From positions 42,095 to 106,094 of the forward strand of contig JAVVVI010000003.1 in the NCBI GenBank assembly GCA_036652735.1: DNA of 64,000 nt. Reading direction: 5' to 3'. Positions 27,666 through 36,436 of the stretch are shown piece by piece (within the stretch, counting starts at the first letter, position 1; each line of letters begins with the position of its first letter). Made by a program: the position numbers and the translations under genes. Origin of the DNA: Lachnospiraceae bacterium (GTDB taxonomy: Bacteria > Bacillota > Clostridia > Lachnospirales > Lachnospiraceae). Below the pieces are notes generated by a model. That model searched no databases. It saw only the letters and a program-made list of their open reading frames with translations, and was not told the DNA's origin.

Positions 27666-29822
27666 ATGACAAAAATATTTAACTATTTATGGAAACACAG
27701 AGGAGCGGTGGCAATTATTATAGCATTGCTTATTATACAGGCAATCTGCGACTTATCTCTGCCATCCTATATGTCCGATATTGTGGATATTGGCGTATCC
27801 CAGAGTGGTATTGAAACAGCAGTACCAATTAAGTCAAGTGAAGACTACTTTGATGCACTCTGTTTATTTATGACAAGGAAGGATGAGGATACAGTCAGAC
27901 AGTATTATCAGTTAGAAGATGGAATCTATGAGCAAATGGATATAAGCAAATCCAGGGAAGAAGAATTAAACGATATTTTTTCCCTGCCAATGATGATGCT
28001 TTCTTATATGGAGAGTGGGGAAAAGCAGTCTGTTAGTCCCAAACAACTTCTTTTGATGGAAAAAGCAGGTAAGATCGACCGAAAAACATTGCTATCTATG
28101 GAAAAAGAGGCGAAGGAGAAATATGGCAGCGACAGTGAAACAATGATAGCCCAGGTGGCTGTGAAATCCCTTACAAAGGAATATACATCCATAGGAGTAA
28201 ACATTAAGAAAATACAGAAGGAATACCTGCTTAAGGTGGGTGGTAAAATGCTATTACTTGCACTGATTATGATGATTGATGCAATTATTGCAGGATACTT
28301 TAGTGCAAGAGTAGGTGCAGCCATAGGAAAAGAATTAAGAGAAGAAGTATTTACCAATGTTGTATCTTACTCGAATCGAGAGATGGAAAAATTTTCAGCG
28401 GCATCTTTAATTACAAGAAGTACAAATGATATTCAGCAAATTCAGATGGTCTCCATTATGCTATTACGGATGGTTATGTATGCGCCGATTATTGGAATTG
28501 GAGGTGCTTACAAGGTAATTCATACGAAAACCGGAATGGGCTGGATCATTGTAGTGGGCGTGCTATTGATTTGTGCATTGGTTGTGGTCCTTATGAAAAT
28601 ATCCCTTCCAAAATTCAAGAAAATGCAATCCTTAATTGACCGACTGAATTTAGTTGCAAGAGAGATTCTAACAGGAGTTCCTGTAATTCGAGCATTTCAG
28701 AGAGAGGCACAGGAAGAAGTGCGCTTTGAGCAGGCAAGTAAAAAGCTTATGAAGACGCAGTTATTTACCAATCGTGTTATGACATTTATGATGCCGGCCA
28801 TGATGTTAATAATGAATGGAATCACAATTTTAATTGTGTGGTTTGGTGCACATGGTGTGGATCTTGGTAAGTTGCAAGTAGGTGATATGATGGCATTTAT
28901 TACCTATACAATGATGATTGTATCAGCATTTTTAATGTTGACTATGATCTCCATAATGCTTCCAAGAGCAGGTGTTGCTGCTGCTCGAATCGATGAAGTT
29001 CTGACAACTGAAACAAGTATTCAGGATATGGAAGAGGTAAAGGATGCACAAGTGAAAGCCACTAAAATAGGAATTGCATTTGAACACGTTGAGTTTCACT
29101 ATCCGGATGCAGAGAAAAATGTAATATCGAATATTGATTTTTGTGCGGAGGCAGGAAAAACAACGGCGATTATAGGAGGAACCGGATGTGGAAAATCTAC
29201 ACTTTTGAATTTAATTCCAAGATTTTATGATGTCACCGGTGGAAGAATTACAATTGATGGCGTTGATATTCGAGAATTATCCCAGAAGAAACTTCGAAGC
29301 TTAATCGGGTATGCACCACAAAAGGGTATCTTGTTCTCCGGAGACATTACAAGTAATATTGGATTTGGTGGAGAGGATGTTACAAAAGAACAAATTCAGG
29401 AAGCAGCAGAAATTGCTCAGGCGCTGGATTTTATAGAAGAGAAGGAAGAAAAGTTCCATTCTCCAATTGCCCAGGGTGGAACCAATGTATCCGGTGGACA
29501 AAAACAGCGGCTGTCTATTGCAAGAGCCATTGCCAGACATCCACAGATTTTATTATTTGATGATACATTTTCAGCATTGGATTATCAAACAGACATAGCA
29601 CTTAGGAAAGCGTTATATAATAAAATTAAGGATGCAACCATTTTAATTGTGGCACAAAGAATTAGCACCATTCTTCACGCAGATCGAATTATTGTTCTGG
29701 ATGAAGGCAGTATTGTTGGGATAGGTACCCATGAGGAGTTAATGAACACATGTGAGACTTATTGTGAAATTGCCAGATCACAGCTATCCGAAAAGGAATT
29801 GAAAGGAGGCCGGACAGAATGA
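27666..29822 (+). CDS. ABC exporter, fused permease/ATPase half-transporter (subunit 1 of a heterodimer)
   Basis: Six-helix TMD with an insertion of more than 100 aa after TM1. Walker A GGTGCGKST, signature VSGGQKQRLSIARA, Walker B ILLFDDTFSALD. Confidence 0.9.
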   Translation: MTKIFNYLWKHRGAVAIIIALLIIQAICDLSLPSYMSDIVDIGVSQSGIETAVPIKSSEDYFDALCLFMTRKDEDTVRQYYQLEDGIYEQMDISKSREEELNDIFSLPMMMLSYMESGEKQSVSPKQLLLMEKAGKIDRKTLLSMEKEAKEKYGSDSETMIAQVAVKSLTKEYTSIGVNIKKIQKEYLLKVGGKMLLLALIMMIDAIIAGYFSARVGAAIGKELREEVFTNVVSYSNREMEKFSAASLITRSTNDIQQIQMVSIMLLRMVMYAPIIGIGGAYKVIHTKTGMGWIIVVGVLLICALVVVLMKISLPKFKKMQSLIDRLNLVAREILTGVPVIRAFQREAQEEVRFEQASKKLMKTQLFTNRVMTFMMPAMMLIMNGITILIVWFGAHGVDLGKLQVGDMMAFITYTMMIVSAFLMLTMISIMLPRAGVAAARIDEVLTTETSIQDMEEVKDAQVKATKIGIAFEHVEFHYPDAEKNVISNIDFCAEAGKTTAIIGGTGCGKSTLLNLIPRFYDVTGGRITIDGVDIRELSQKKLRSLIGYAPQKGILFSGDITSNIGFGGEDVTKEQIQEAAEIAQALDFIEEKEEKFHSPIAQGGTNVSGGQKQRLSIARAIARHPQILLFDDTFSALDYQTDIALRKALYNKIKDATILIVAQRISTILHADRIIVLDEGSIVGIGTHEELMNTCETYCEIARSQLSEKELKGGRTE

Positions 29823-31669
29823 GTGAAGAGAGGAAAATGAAAAGAGGACCAATGGGAGGACATGGACCCGGAGGCGGAATGATGCCGGGTGAGAAGGCGA
29901 AAGATTTTAAAGGCTCTGTAAAAAAATTACTGGCTTATATGGGAAAGTATAAAATTGCCATTGTGTTTGTAATGATTTTGGCAATTCTTGGAACCGCGTT
30001 TGATGTAATTGGTCCGAAGATTTTAGGAAAGGCAACTACGGTGTTGTTTGATGGGCTAATGACAAAGATTAGTGGAGGAAGTGGAATTGATTTTAAAAAA
30101 ATAGCATGGATTCTAGGTTCTCTGCTCATGATTTATGTTATAAGTGCTATTTTTTCATTTATACAGTCTTTCATTATGTCAGGAATTACCCAGAAGATAT
30201 GTTATAGGCTGAGAAATGATATTTCAGCGAAGATAAATCGCATGCCTCTTGCCTACTTTGAACGCAATGCAGTGGGAGATGTGCTGTCGAGAATAACCAA
30301 TGATGTGGATACACTGGGACAAAGTTTAAATCAGAGCATAACCCAGCTGATTACCTCGGTGACCACCTTGATTGGAGTCTTTGTAATGATGCTGAGCATT
30401 AGTCCTTTAATGACTTTAATTGCATTGGTCATTTTGCCTGTTTCTGCGGTCTTAATTGGAGTGGTAGTTAAATTTTCACAAAAATATTTTGTGACACAGC
30501 AAAAATACCTTGGTAAAATTAATGGACAGGTGGAAGAGGTATATGCAGGACAAAATCTGGTAAAAGTCTTTAACAGGGAAGAAAAAGTAATTGCTGAATT
30601 TAAAGAAACCAATGAGGTATTATATGATTCCGCATGGAAATCACAGTTCTTATCCGGAATGATGCAGCCAATTATGGGATTTATCGGCAATCTTGGTTAT
30701 GTAGCGGTGGTTGTTGCAGGAGGGCTTCTTGCAATCAAAGGAAGGATTCAGGTTGGTGATATCCAATCCTTTATCCAATATGTAAGACGATTCACCCAAC
30801 CGATTACACAGATGGCACAAGTATCCAATATGTTCCAGTCAATGGCAGCAGCTTCGGAACGTGTCTTTGAATTTTTATTGGAAGAGGAAGAAGACATGGG
30901 AGCAGAATATCCATGTGAGATGGGAACCATTGATGGTAAAATAGAGTTTAAACATGTGGCATTTGGATATCGCCCCGATCAAATTATTATTAGAGATTTT
31001 TCAACGGAGGTTCATCCGGGACAGACGGTGGCAATTGTAGGACCAACAGGAGCAGGGAAGACAACAATGGTGAAACTGCTTATGAGACTCTATGATGTGA
31101 ATCAGGGACAAATATTGCTGGATGGTCATGACTTAAGAGACTATAATCGAACAGATTTAAGAAATGCATTTGGTATGGTATTGCAAGACACCTGGCTTTT
31201 TCAGGGAACGATTATGGAGAATATCCGATATGGCAGACTGGATGCCACAGATGAGGAAGTAATGGAGGCAGCAAAAGCAGCCCATGCCCACCACTTTATA
31301 GAGACTCTTCCGGGTGGATATGAAATGGAACTAAATGAAAACGCAAGCAATGTATCCCAAGGACAAAAGCAATTGCTTACGATAGCAAGAGCTATTCTTG
31401 CAGACAATAAGGTATTAATATTGGATGAGGCAACCAGTTCGGTGGATACCAGAACGGAGATTCAGATACAGAAGGCATTGGATCATCTGATGAAAGGAAG
31501 AACAAGCTTTGTAATTGCACATCGACTGTCAACAATAAAAGAAGCAGATCTGATCCTGGTTATGCAGGATGGGGATATTGTGGAGCAGGGAAACCACAGT
31601 GAGCTTTTGGCACAAAATGGCTTTTATGCAAGGCTTTATAATTCACAGTTTGAGGAAGCGTCAGCATAA
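29819..31669 (+). CDS. ABC exporter, fused permease/ATPase half-transporter (subunit 2)
   Basis: ATGA overlap with the upstream gene. GPTGAGKTT, VSQGQKQLLTIARA, LILDEATSSVD. Confidence 0.9.
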   Translation: MSEERKMKRGPMGGHGPGGGMMPGEKAKDFKGSVKKLLAYMGKYKIAIVFVMILAILGTAFDVIGPKILGKATTVLFDGLMTKISGGSGIDFKKIAWILGSLLMIYVISAIFSFIQSFIMSGITQKICYRLRNDISAKINRMPLAYFERNAVGDVLSRITNDVDTLGQSLNQSITQLITSVTTLIGVFVMMLSISPLMTLIALVILPVSAVLIGVVVKFSQKYFVTQQKYLGKINGQVEEVYAGQNLVKVFNREEKVIAEFKETNEVLYDSAWKSQFLSGMMQPIMGFIGNLGYVAVVVAGGLLAIKGRIQVGDIQSFIQYVRRFTQPITQMAQVSNMFQSMAAASERVFEFLLEEEEDMGAEYPCEMGTIDGKIEFKHVAFGYRPDQIIIRDFSTEVHPGQTVAIVGPTGAGKTTMVKLLMRLYDVNQGQILLDGHDLRDYNRTDLRNAFGMVLQDTWLFQGTIMENIRYGRLDATDEEVMEAAKAAHAHHFIETLPGGYEMELNENASNVSQGQKQLLTIARAILADNKVLILDEATSSVDTRTEIQIQKALDHLMKGRTSFVIAHRLSTIKEADLILVMQDGDIVEQGNHSELLAQNGFYARLYNSQFEEASA

Positions 31670-31675
31670 AAAAAG

Positions 31676-31704
31676 AAAAAAGGAGAAATCCTTTTTTTTT
31701 TTTT
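31676..31704 (+). terminator. weak A/U-rich hairpin followed by a T13 tract
   Basis: AAAAAGGA (31676-31683) GAAA TCCTTTTT (31688-31695). The T-run spans 31692-31704. Confidence 0.45.
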
Positions 31705-31730
31705 GCATATTATACATTTTGTGATATACT
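31703..31730 (+). promoter_or_regulatory. promoter (TTGCAT-16 nt-TGaTATACT) for the SagB-like/ABC operon
   Basis: TTGCAT 31703-31708. Extended -10 TGaTATACT 31722-31730. The implied transcription start near 31737 argues against the ORF-track ATG at 31735. Confidence 0.55.
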
Positions 31731-31785
31731 AATATTGTATATAAAAATTACAAGTCTCATAGCTGACAGGATTAAGGAGGGCAAT

Positions 31786-32610
31786 ATGACAGAAGAAGAA
31801 ATCAGACAACGAATCCAAAACGGCAGAGAATTCATGAAAATGCCGGATGAACAGGACACAGAAGACGGGTACCAAACAGATCAGCAGCAGAAGAAAGTAC
31901 AGCCTCCATTGTACAAGGAACCATGTGGTGGGGCGATTACGCAGCTGCCGGAAGAATTTCAATTATTAGAGTTAAAGAATGACATATTGGAAGTTCTATA
32001 CAAAAGAAAGAGCAGCAGGGTTTACACAGGGCAGCCTATGAGTCTATTGCAGTTATCATTTTTACTATGGGCGCAGCAGGGTGTAAAAACAATTCGAGGG
32101 AATAATTATGCAACGATTCGAACGGTAGCCTGTGGGGGAGCAAGACATGAATTTGAATGTTATATTGCGGTCCAGAACGTAGAAGGCTTGACACCCGGGT
32201 ATTATCATTATATGCCTGACCTGCATGCAGTGGAATTGATAGAAGAAAAAAAGGATATGACTGGGGACATTCATGAATCGCTGTGTGAGCAAGCATGGGC
32301 AGTCAAAGCAAATGTAGTCTTTTATTATAGTATTATCCCCTATCGTGCAGAATGGAGATATGGAATATATGCACACCGCACAGCATTAATGGATGCAGGG
32401 CATATAACAGAGAATTTATATGTGGCTGCCAGTGCAGCAGGAGTGGGAACATGTGCAATTGCATCCATTGAGACAGACTGTTCAAATGTTATGTTTCATC
32501 TTGAGGGCAAAGAAGAATTCATCTTCTATGCTGCTCCGGCCGGAATGATATCGGAAGGCAATAAAGAGGAAGAGGATGCATTCTATGCATTTCTGAAGGA
32601 GGACAGGTGA
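31786..32610 (+). CDS. SagB/ThcOx-type dehydrogenase (nitroreductase superfamily)
   Basis: AAGGAGG at 31774-31780 precedes the ATG at 31786. Motifs RKSSRVYTG, LSFLLWAQQGV, ACGGARHEFECY and DAGHITENLY are typical of SagB-type FMN dehydrogenase domains. Confidence 0.7.
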   Translation: MTEEEIRQRIQNGREFMKMPDEQDTEDGYQTDQQQKKVQPPLYKEPCGGAITQLPEEFQLLELKNDILEVLYKRKSSRVYTGQPMSLLQLSFLLWAQQGVKTIRGNNYATIRTVACGGARHEFECYIAVQNVEGLTPGYYHYMPDLHAVELIEEKKDMTGDIHESLCEQAWAVKANVVFYYSIIPYRAEWRYGIYAHRTALMDAGHITENLYVAASAAGVGTCAIASIETDCSNVMFHLEGKEEFIFYAAPAGMISEGNKEEEDAFYAFLKEDR

Positions 32611-34379
32611 AAAACATTCAGTTTATAGGCAAGTATGTGTTGCGATATAAGTGGCAGTATCTGATAGGTATGCTGTTCTTATTCGCAGTTGATTTTATAA
32701 GTTTACTGGTGCCGAAGCTTATTGGAATGGTGACAGATGGACTCACAACCGGAACCTTAAAGATGCCGGGAATTATGACTTACATAGGCTATATTGTTAT
32801 AACAGGCATTGCAATGGCGGTAGGAAGATTTCTATGGCGTTATTTTCTGATTCTGACTGCCAGAAAATTAGAGAGAGATGTAAGAGATGAGATGTTTGGT
32901 CATTTAGAGACCCTGGATGCAGAATATTTTAATGAACATAAGACAGGAACACTGATGGCACATTTTACCAATGACTTAAATGCGGTGAGAACAGCGGTTG
33001 GACCCGGAGTGATATCCGTGTTTGATGCAACCATTATGACAATTATGGTCATCATTCAAATGATGATTTATGTGGATTTTAAATTGACCATATTGGCAGT
33101 GATTCCGATGTTTTTTATAATGGGAGGCATGCTATATTATGGAGATCTCATGGAAAAACGATTTAAACATTGTCAGGAAGCGTTTGCGGAATTAACAGAT
33201 TTCACGCAGGAAAGTATATCAGGGGTTCGAGTGGTAAAAGCATTTGTTCGGGAAGAAGACGAAAAAAATGAATTTGCCAAATATAATGCAGAGACCAGAA
33301 AGAGGAATCTTCATGTAATTAAACTTCAGGCAGTTGTGATACCCTTACTCTCGGTTGTGATTGGGATTAGTATGCTGGTAACGCTGCTGTATGGAGGTTA
33401 TCTTGCATTAATTGGAGAGATTACGCTTGGGCGTTTTGTGGCATTTAACCAATACATAGGAATGCTTGTATGGCCAATGCTGGCAGCAGGAGACAGTGTG
33501 ACCATGTTTTCACAGGGCTATGCATCCGTAAGCAGGATTCGCAGTATTTTCAGCGCAAAGCCGGAAATATTTGAGTTTGTTACAGATGAGGAAGAGGTGG
33601 AAGAGCAGGAACTGGGATTAAGCGGAGGAATTGAATTCCGCCATCTTACCTTTACTCATAAAGGTGCGGCTGCACCCTCTCTTAAGGATATTAATTTAAA
33701 GATTCCACAGGGAACCACGGTAGCAGTAATTGGACGCACCGGCTCCGGTAAAACCACACTGGTAAATTTACTTCAGCACCTGTATCAGGTTGAACCGGGT
33801 ATGATCTTTGTAGATGGCAGGGACATTAATACCGTTCCCCTAAAAGAACTTCGTGGAGATATTGCCTATGTTCCACAGGATAATTTTCTGTTCTCGGATT
33901 CTCTTCGCAATAACATAGCCTTTGGTGTGGAAGGAAATGATATGGATCATGTAATAGAAGCTGCACGGGCAGCCTGCATTCATGAAAATATTGAAGATTT
34001 TCCACAACAGTACAATACCATTGTAGGGGAGCGTGGAGTGACACTTTCCGGCGGACAAAAACAGAGGAGCTCGATTGCACGAGCATTTATGAAGAACTCA
34101 CCAATTATGATTATGGATGATTCTCTTTCAGCAGTAGATACAGATACAGAAGAGAAGATTCTTGAGAATCTGAAAGAAAATAGAAAAAACAAGACAACAA
34201 TTATTATTGCTCATCGTATTTCTACGATTCAAAATGCAGACTTAATTATGGTATTAGAAGAGGGTGCATTGGCAGAGTGTGGAAATCATGCAGCACTTAT
34301 GAAGCAGAATGGAATCTATAAAGGAATGTTTGAAAAACAGCAGCTTGAGGCAAGAAATGAAGGGGGGAAGACGCAATGA
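32607..34379 (+). CDS. ABC exporter half-transporter (BmrC/YheI-like size class)
   Basis: The GTG start overlaps the SagB-like stop (GTGA). GRTGSGKTT, LSGGQKQRSSIARA, IMIMDDSLSAVD. Confidence 0.9.
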   Translation: MKNIQFIGKYVLRYKWQYLIGMLFLFAVDFISLLVPKLIGMVTDGLTTGTLKMPGIMTYIGYIVITGIAMAVGRFLWRYFLILTARKLERDVRDEMFGHLETLDAEYFNEHKTGTLMAHFTNDLNAVRTAVGPGVISVFDATIMTIMVIIQMMIYVDFKLTILAVIPMFFIMGGMLYYGDLMEKRFKHCQEAFAELTDFTQESISGVRVVKAFVREEDEKNEFAKYNAETRKRNLHVIKLQAVVIPLLSVVIGISMLVTLLYGGYLALIGEITLGRFVAFNQYIGMLVWPMLAAGDSVTMFSQGYASVSRIRSIFSAKPEIFEFVTDEEEVEEQELGLSGGIEFRHLTFTHKGAAAPSLKDINLKIPQGTTVAVIGRTGSGKTTLVNLLQHLYQVEPGMIFVDGRDINTVPLKELRGDIAYVPQDNFLFSDSLRNNIAFGVEGNDMDHVIEAARAACIHENIEDFPQQYNTIVGERGVTLSGGQKQRSSIARAFMKNSPIMIMDDSLSAVDTDTEEKILENLKENRKNKTTIIIAHRISTIQNADLIMVLEEGALAECGNHAALMKQNGIYKGMFEKQQLEARNEGGKTQ

Positions 34380-36385
34380 AACGATTAATGAGTTATCTAA
34401 AACCCCACAAATTTGCAATGGCTGTGTCACTGATTTTAGTGTCACTGGTAATTGTCTTTGAGCTATATCAGCCAATTATTATTGGAGATGCCATTGATAA
34501 TTATATTAATGGATATTATTCGCCTTATGGTGTTGTAGGAAAAGATGAAAAGACAGCGGTAGCCTACGAGGGTAACTATATCAGCAAGGAATTTAACACA
34601 AAGGGTGCAAAAGAGTTTTATCAGATTTATTTGTTTCAGGAAGAGTATTATATGTTCCACCTAACCGAAGAAAAGGAATGTACACAATTAAGAGAAAAAA
34701 CCTCCGGAGAAAAAATGCAAGATGGAAGTTTAATAGTGGACTTAAATGGACAAAAAGAGGTGGGAGAGCCATTAACTAAGAATGAGCTGCGGACACTGCG
34801 AAAATTTGATTTTGCAGGAATTGTTCAATCAGCCATTCGTTACCTTCTGGTACTAATCGCAGCTTTTGTATGTAATTTAGTAGAGATCTGGACCTTACAG
34901 AAAATGGGACAGGGTATTATATATAGAATGAGAGAACAGGTCTTTTCTCATATACATAGTTTGTCATTGAATTTTTTCAATACCGAACCGGTTGGAAAAC
35001 TGGTAACCAGGGTATCCAACGATACGGAATCTGTAAATGAACTTTTTACCAGTGTGTTGGTAAAGGTGTTCAAAAATATAATTAAGATATTTGGTTTTGC
35101 AGCAGTGATGTTCTCAATAAATGTGAAACTCACCTTGTACTCCTTTGCGATGTTGCCATTAGTTGCGGCACTGACCTTCTTTTTCCGTTATTTATCAAGG
35201 GTGGCATACCGGGCAGTGAGAACCAGACTTACGGATTTGAATACTTTTTTATCGGAGAATATTTCCGGAATGAAGCTGATTCAGATTTTTACAAGAGAAG
35301 AGCAGAAATACGATGAATTTAAGGGCAAAAGCCAGAATTTATACCGGGCATATTTTAGGGAAGTTATGACATTTGCAATTTTCCGCCCAAGTATCTATAT
35401 TCTATCGGTGGTTGCCCTGGTTGTAATTATTGGATTTGGAGGAAAACTTACCTTAGCAGGAACGATTTCTCTTGGAACGTTATTTGTATTTATTAATTAT
35501 ATTCGATCCTTTTTTGAGCCAATTCAAGAACTGGCAGAACAATTTGGAGCACTACAATCCTCTCTTGCTTCTGCTGAAAAAATATTTACCATATTGGATG
35601 AAACTCCTACGGTACCAAAAGCGGTTCATCCAAGAACAATTGAAAAGCTGGAAGGAGAAATCGAATTTAAACATGTCTGGTTTGCTTATGAAGGAGAAGA
35701 TTATATTCTAAAGGATGTAAGCTTTAAAATCCGTAAGGGTGAGCGTATCGCTTTTGTAGGAGCAACCGGAGCAGGAAAGACATCTATATTGAACCTTATA
35801 GGCCATTATTTTGATATTCAAAAAGGAGAAATCCTAATTGATGGAATCAATATTAAGGATATTAGTACGGATGTGCTGCGAGCGTCCATTGGACAGGTTC
35901 AGCAGGATGTATTTATATTCACCGGAGATATTAAAAGTAATATTTCCCTGAGAAATGATAAAATTTCACAGGAAGAGATAGAAACAGCGGCCCGCTATGT
36001 GAATGCGGAAAAATTTATCAGCAAATTGCCTCAGAAGTATAATGAACCGGTTACGGAGCGAGGTTCCACATTATCGGCAGGACAACGTCAACTATTGTCT
36101 TTTGCAAGAACACTGGCATATAAACCCAATATTCTTGTATTGGATGAAGCAACCGCTAACATAGATACAGAGACAGAGCATCTCATTACCCAGGCACTGG
36201 AACGTTTAATGGAGGGAAGAACAACCATTATGGTTGCGCACAGGCTTTCCACCATTCAACATGCCAATATGATTATGGTAATGGATAAGGGGGAAATCAA
36301 AGAAAGCGGGACTCACCAGCAGCTCATTTCCAGGGATGGCATCTATCGGAAATTATATGAACTGCAGCTCACACAACAGCAATAA
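34376..36385 (+). CDS. ABC exporter half-transporter with an insertion after TM1 (BmrD/YheH-like size class)
   Basis: ATGA overlap with the upstream gene. GATGAGKTS, LSAGQRQLLSFART, LVLDEATANID. Insertion of about 100 aa at about 34508-34826. Confidence 0.9.
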   Translation: MKRLMSYLKPHKFAMAVSLILVSLVIVFELYQPIIIGDAIDNYINGYYSPYGVVGKDEKTAVAYEGNYISKEFNTKGAKEFYQIYLFQEEYYMFHLTEEKECTQLREKTSGEKMQDGSLIVDLNGQKEVGEPLTKNELRTLRKFDFAGIVQSAIRYLLVLIAAFVCNLVEIWTLQKMGQGIIYRMREQVFSHIHSLSLNFFNTEPVGKLVTRVSNDTESVNELFTSVLVKVFKNIIKIFGFAAVMFSINVKLTLYSFAMLPLVAALTFFFRYLSRVAYRAVRTRLTDLNTFLSENISGMKLIQIFTREEQKYDEFKGKSQNLYRAYFREVMTFAIFRPSIYILSVVALVVIIGFGGKLTLAGTISLGTLFVFINYIRSFFEPIQELAEQFGALQSSLASAEKIFTILDETPTVPKAVHPRTIEKLEGEIEFKHVWFAYEGEDYILKDVSFKIRKGERIAFVGATGAGKTSILNLIGHYFDIQKGEILIDGINIKDISTDVLRASIGQVQQDVFIFTGDIKSNISLRNDKISQEEIETAARYVNAEKFISKLPQKYNEPVTERGSTLSAGQRQLLSFARTLAYKPNILVLDEATANIDTETEHLITQALERLMEGRTTIMVAHRLSTIQHANMIMVMDKGEIKESGTHQQLISRDGIYRKLYELQLTQQQ

Positions 36386-36408
36386 TGTACAGACAATCGT
36401 ACATTTTT
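36385..36408 (+). terminator. weak terminator-like hairpin
   Basis: ATGTAC (36385-36390) / GTACAT (36399-36404) followed by TTTT. Confidence 0.3.
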
Positions 36409-36436
36409 AACTGTAAAAAAAATTGGAGGATGTGTA

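Noticed and set aside
31692-31704. T13 homopolymer as a possible phase-variation switch
   Set aside because: The tract lies upstream of the -35 hexamer, overlapping only its first two Ts, so it is not in the spacer or in coding sequence. Length changes would therefore not alter promoter geometry. It is more simply the terminator U-tail or an UP-like element.
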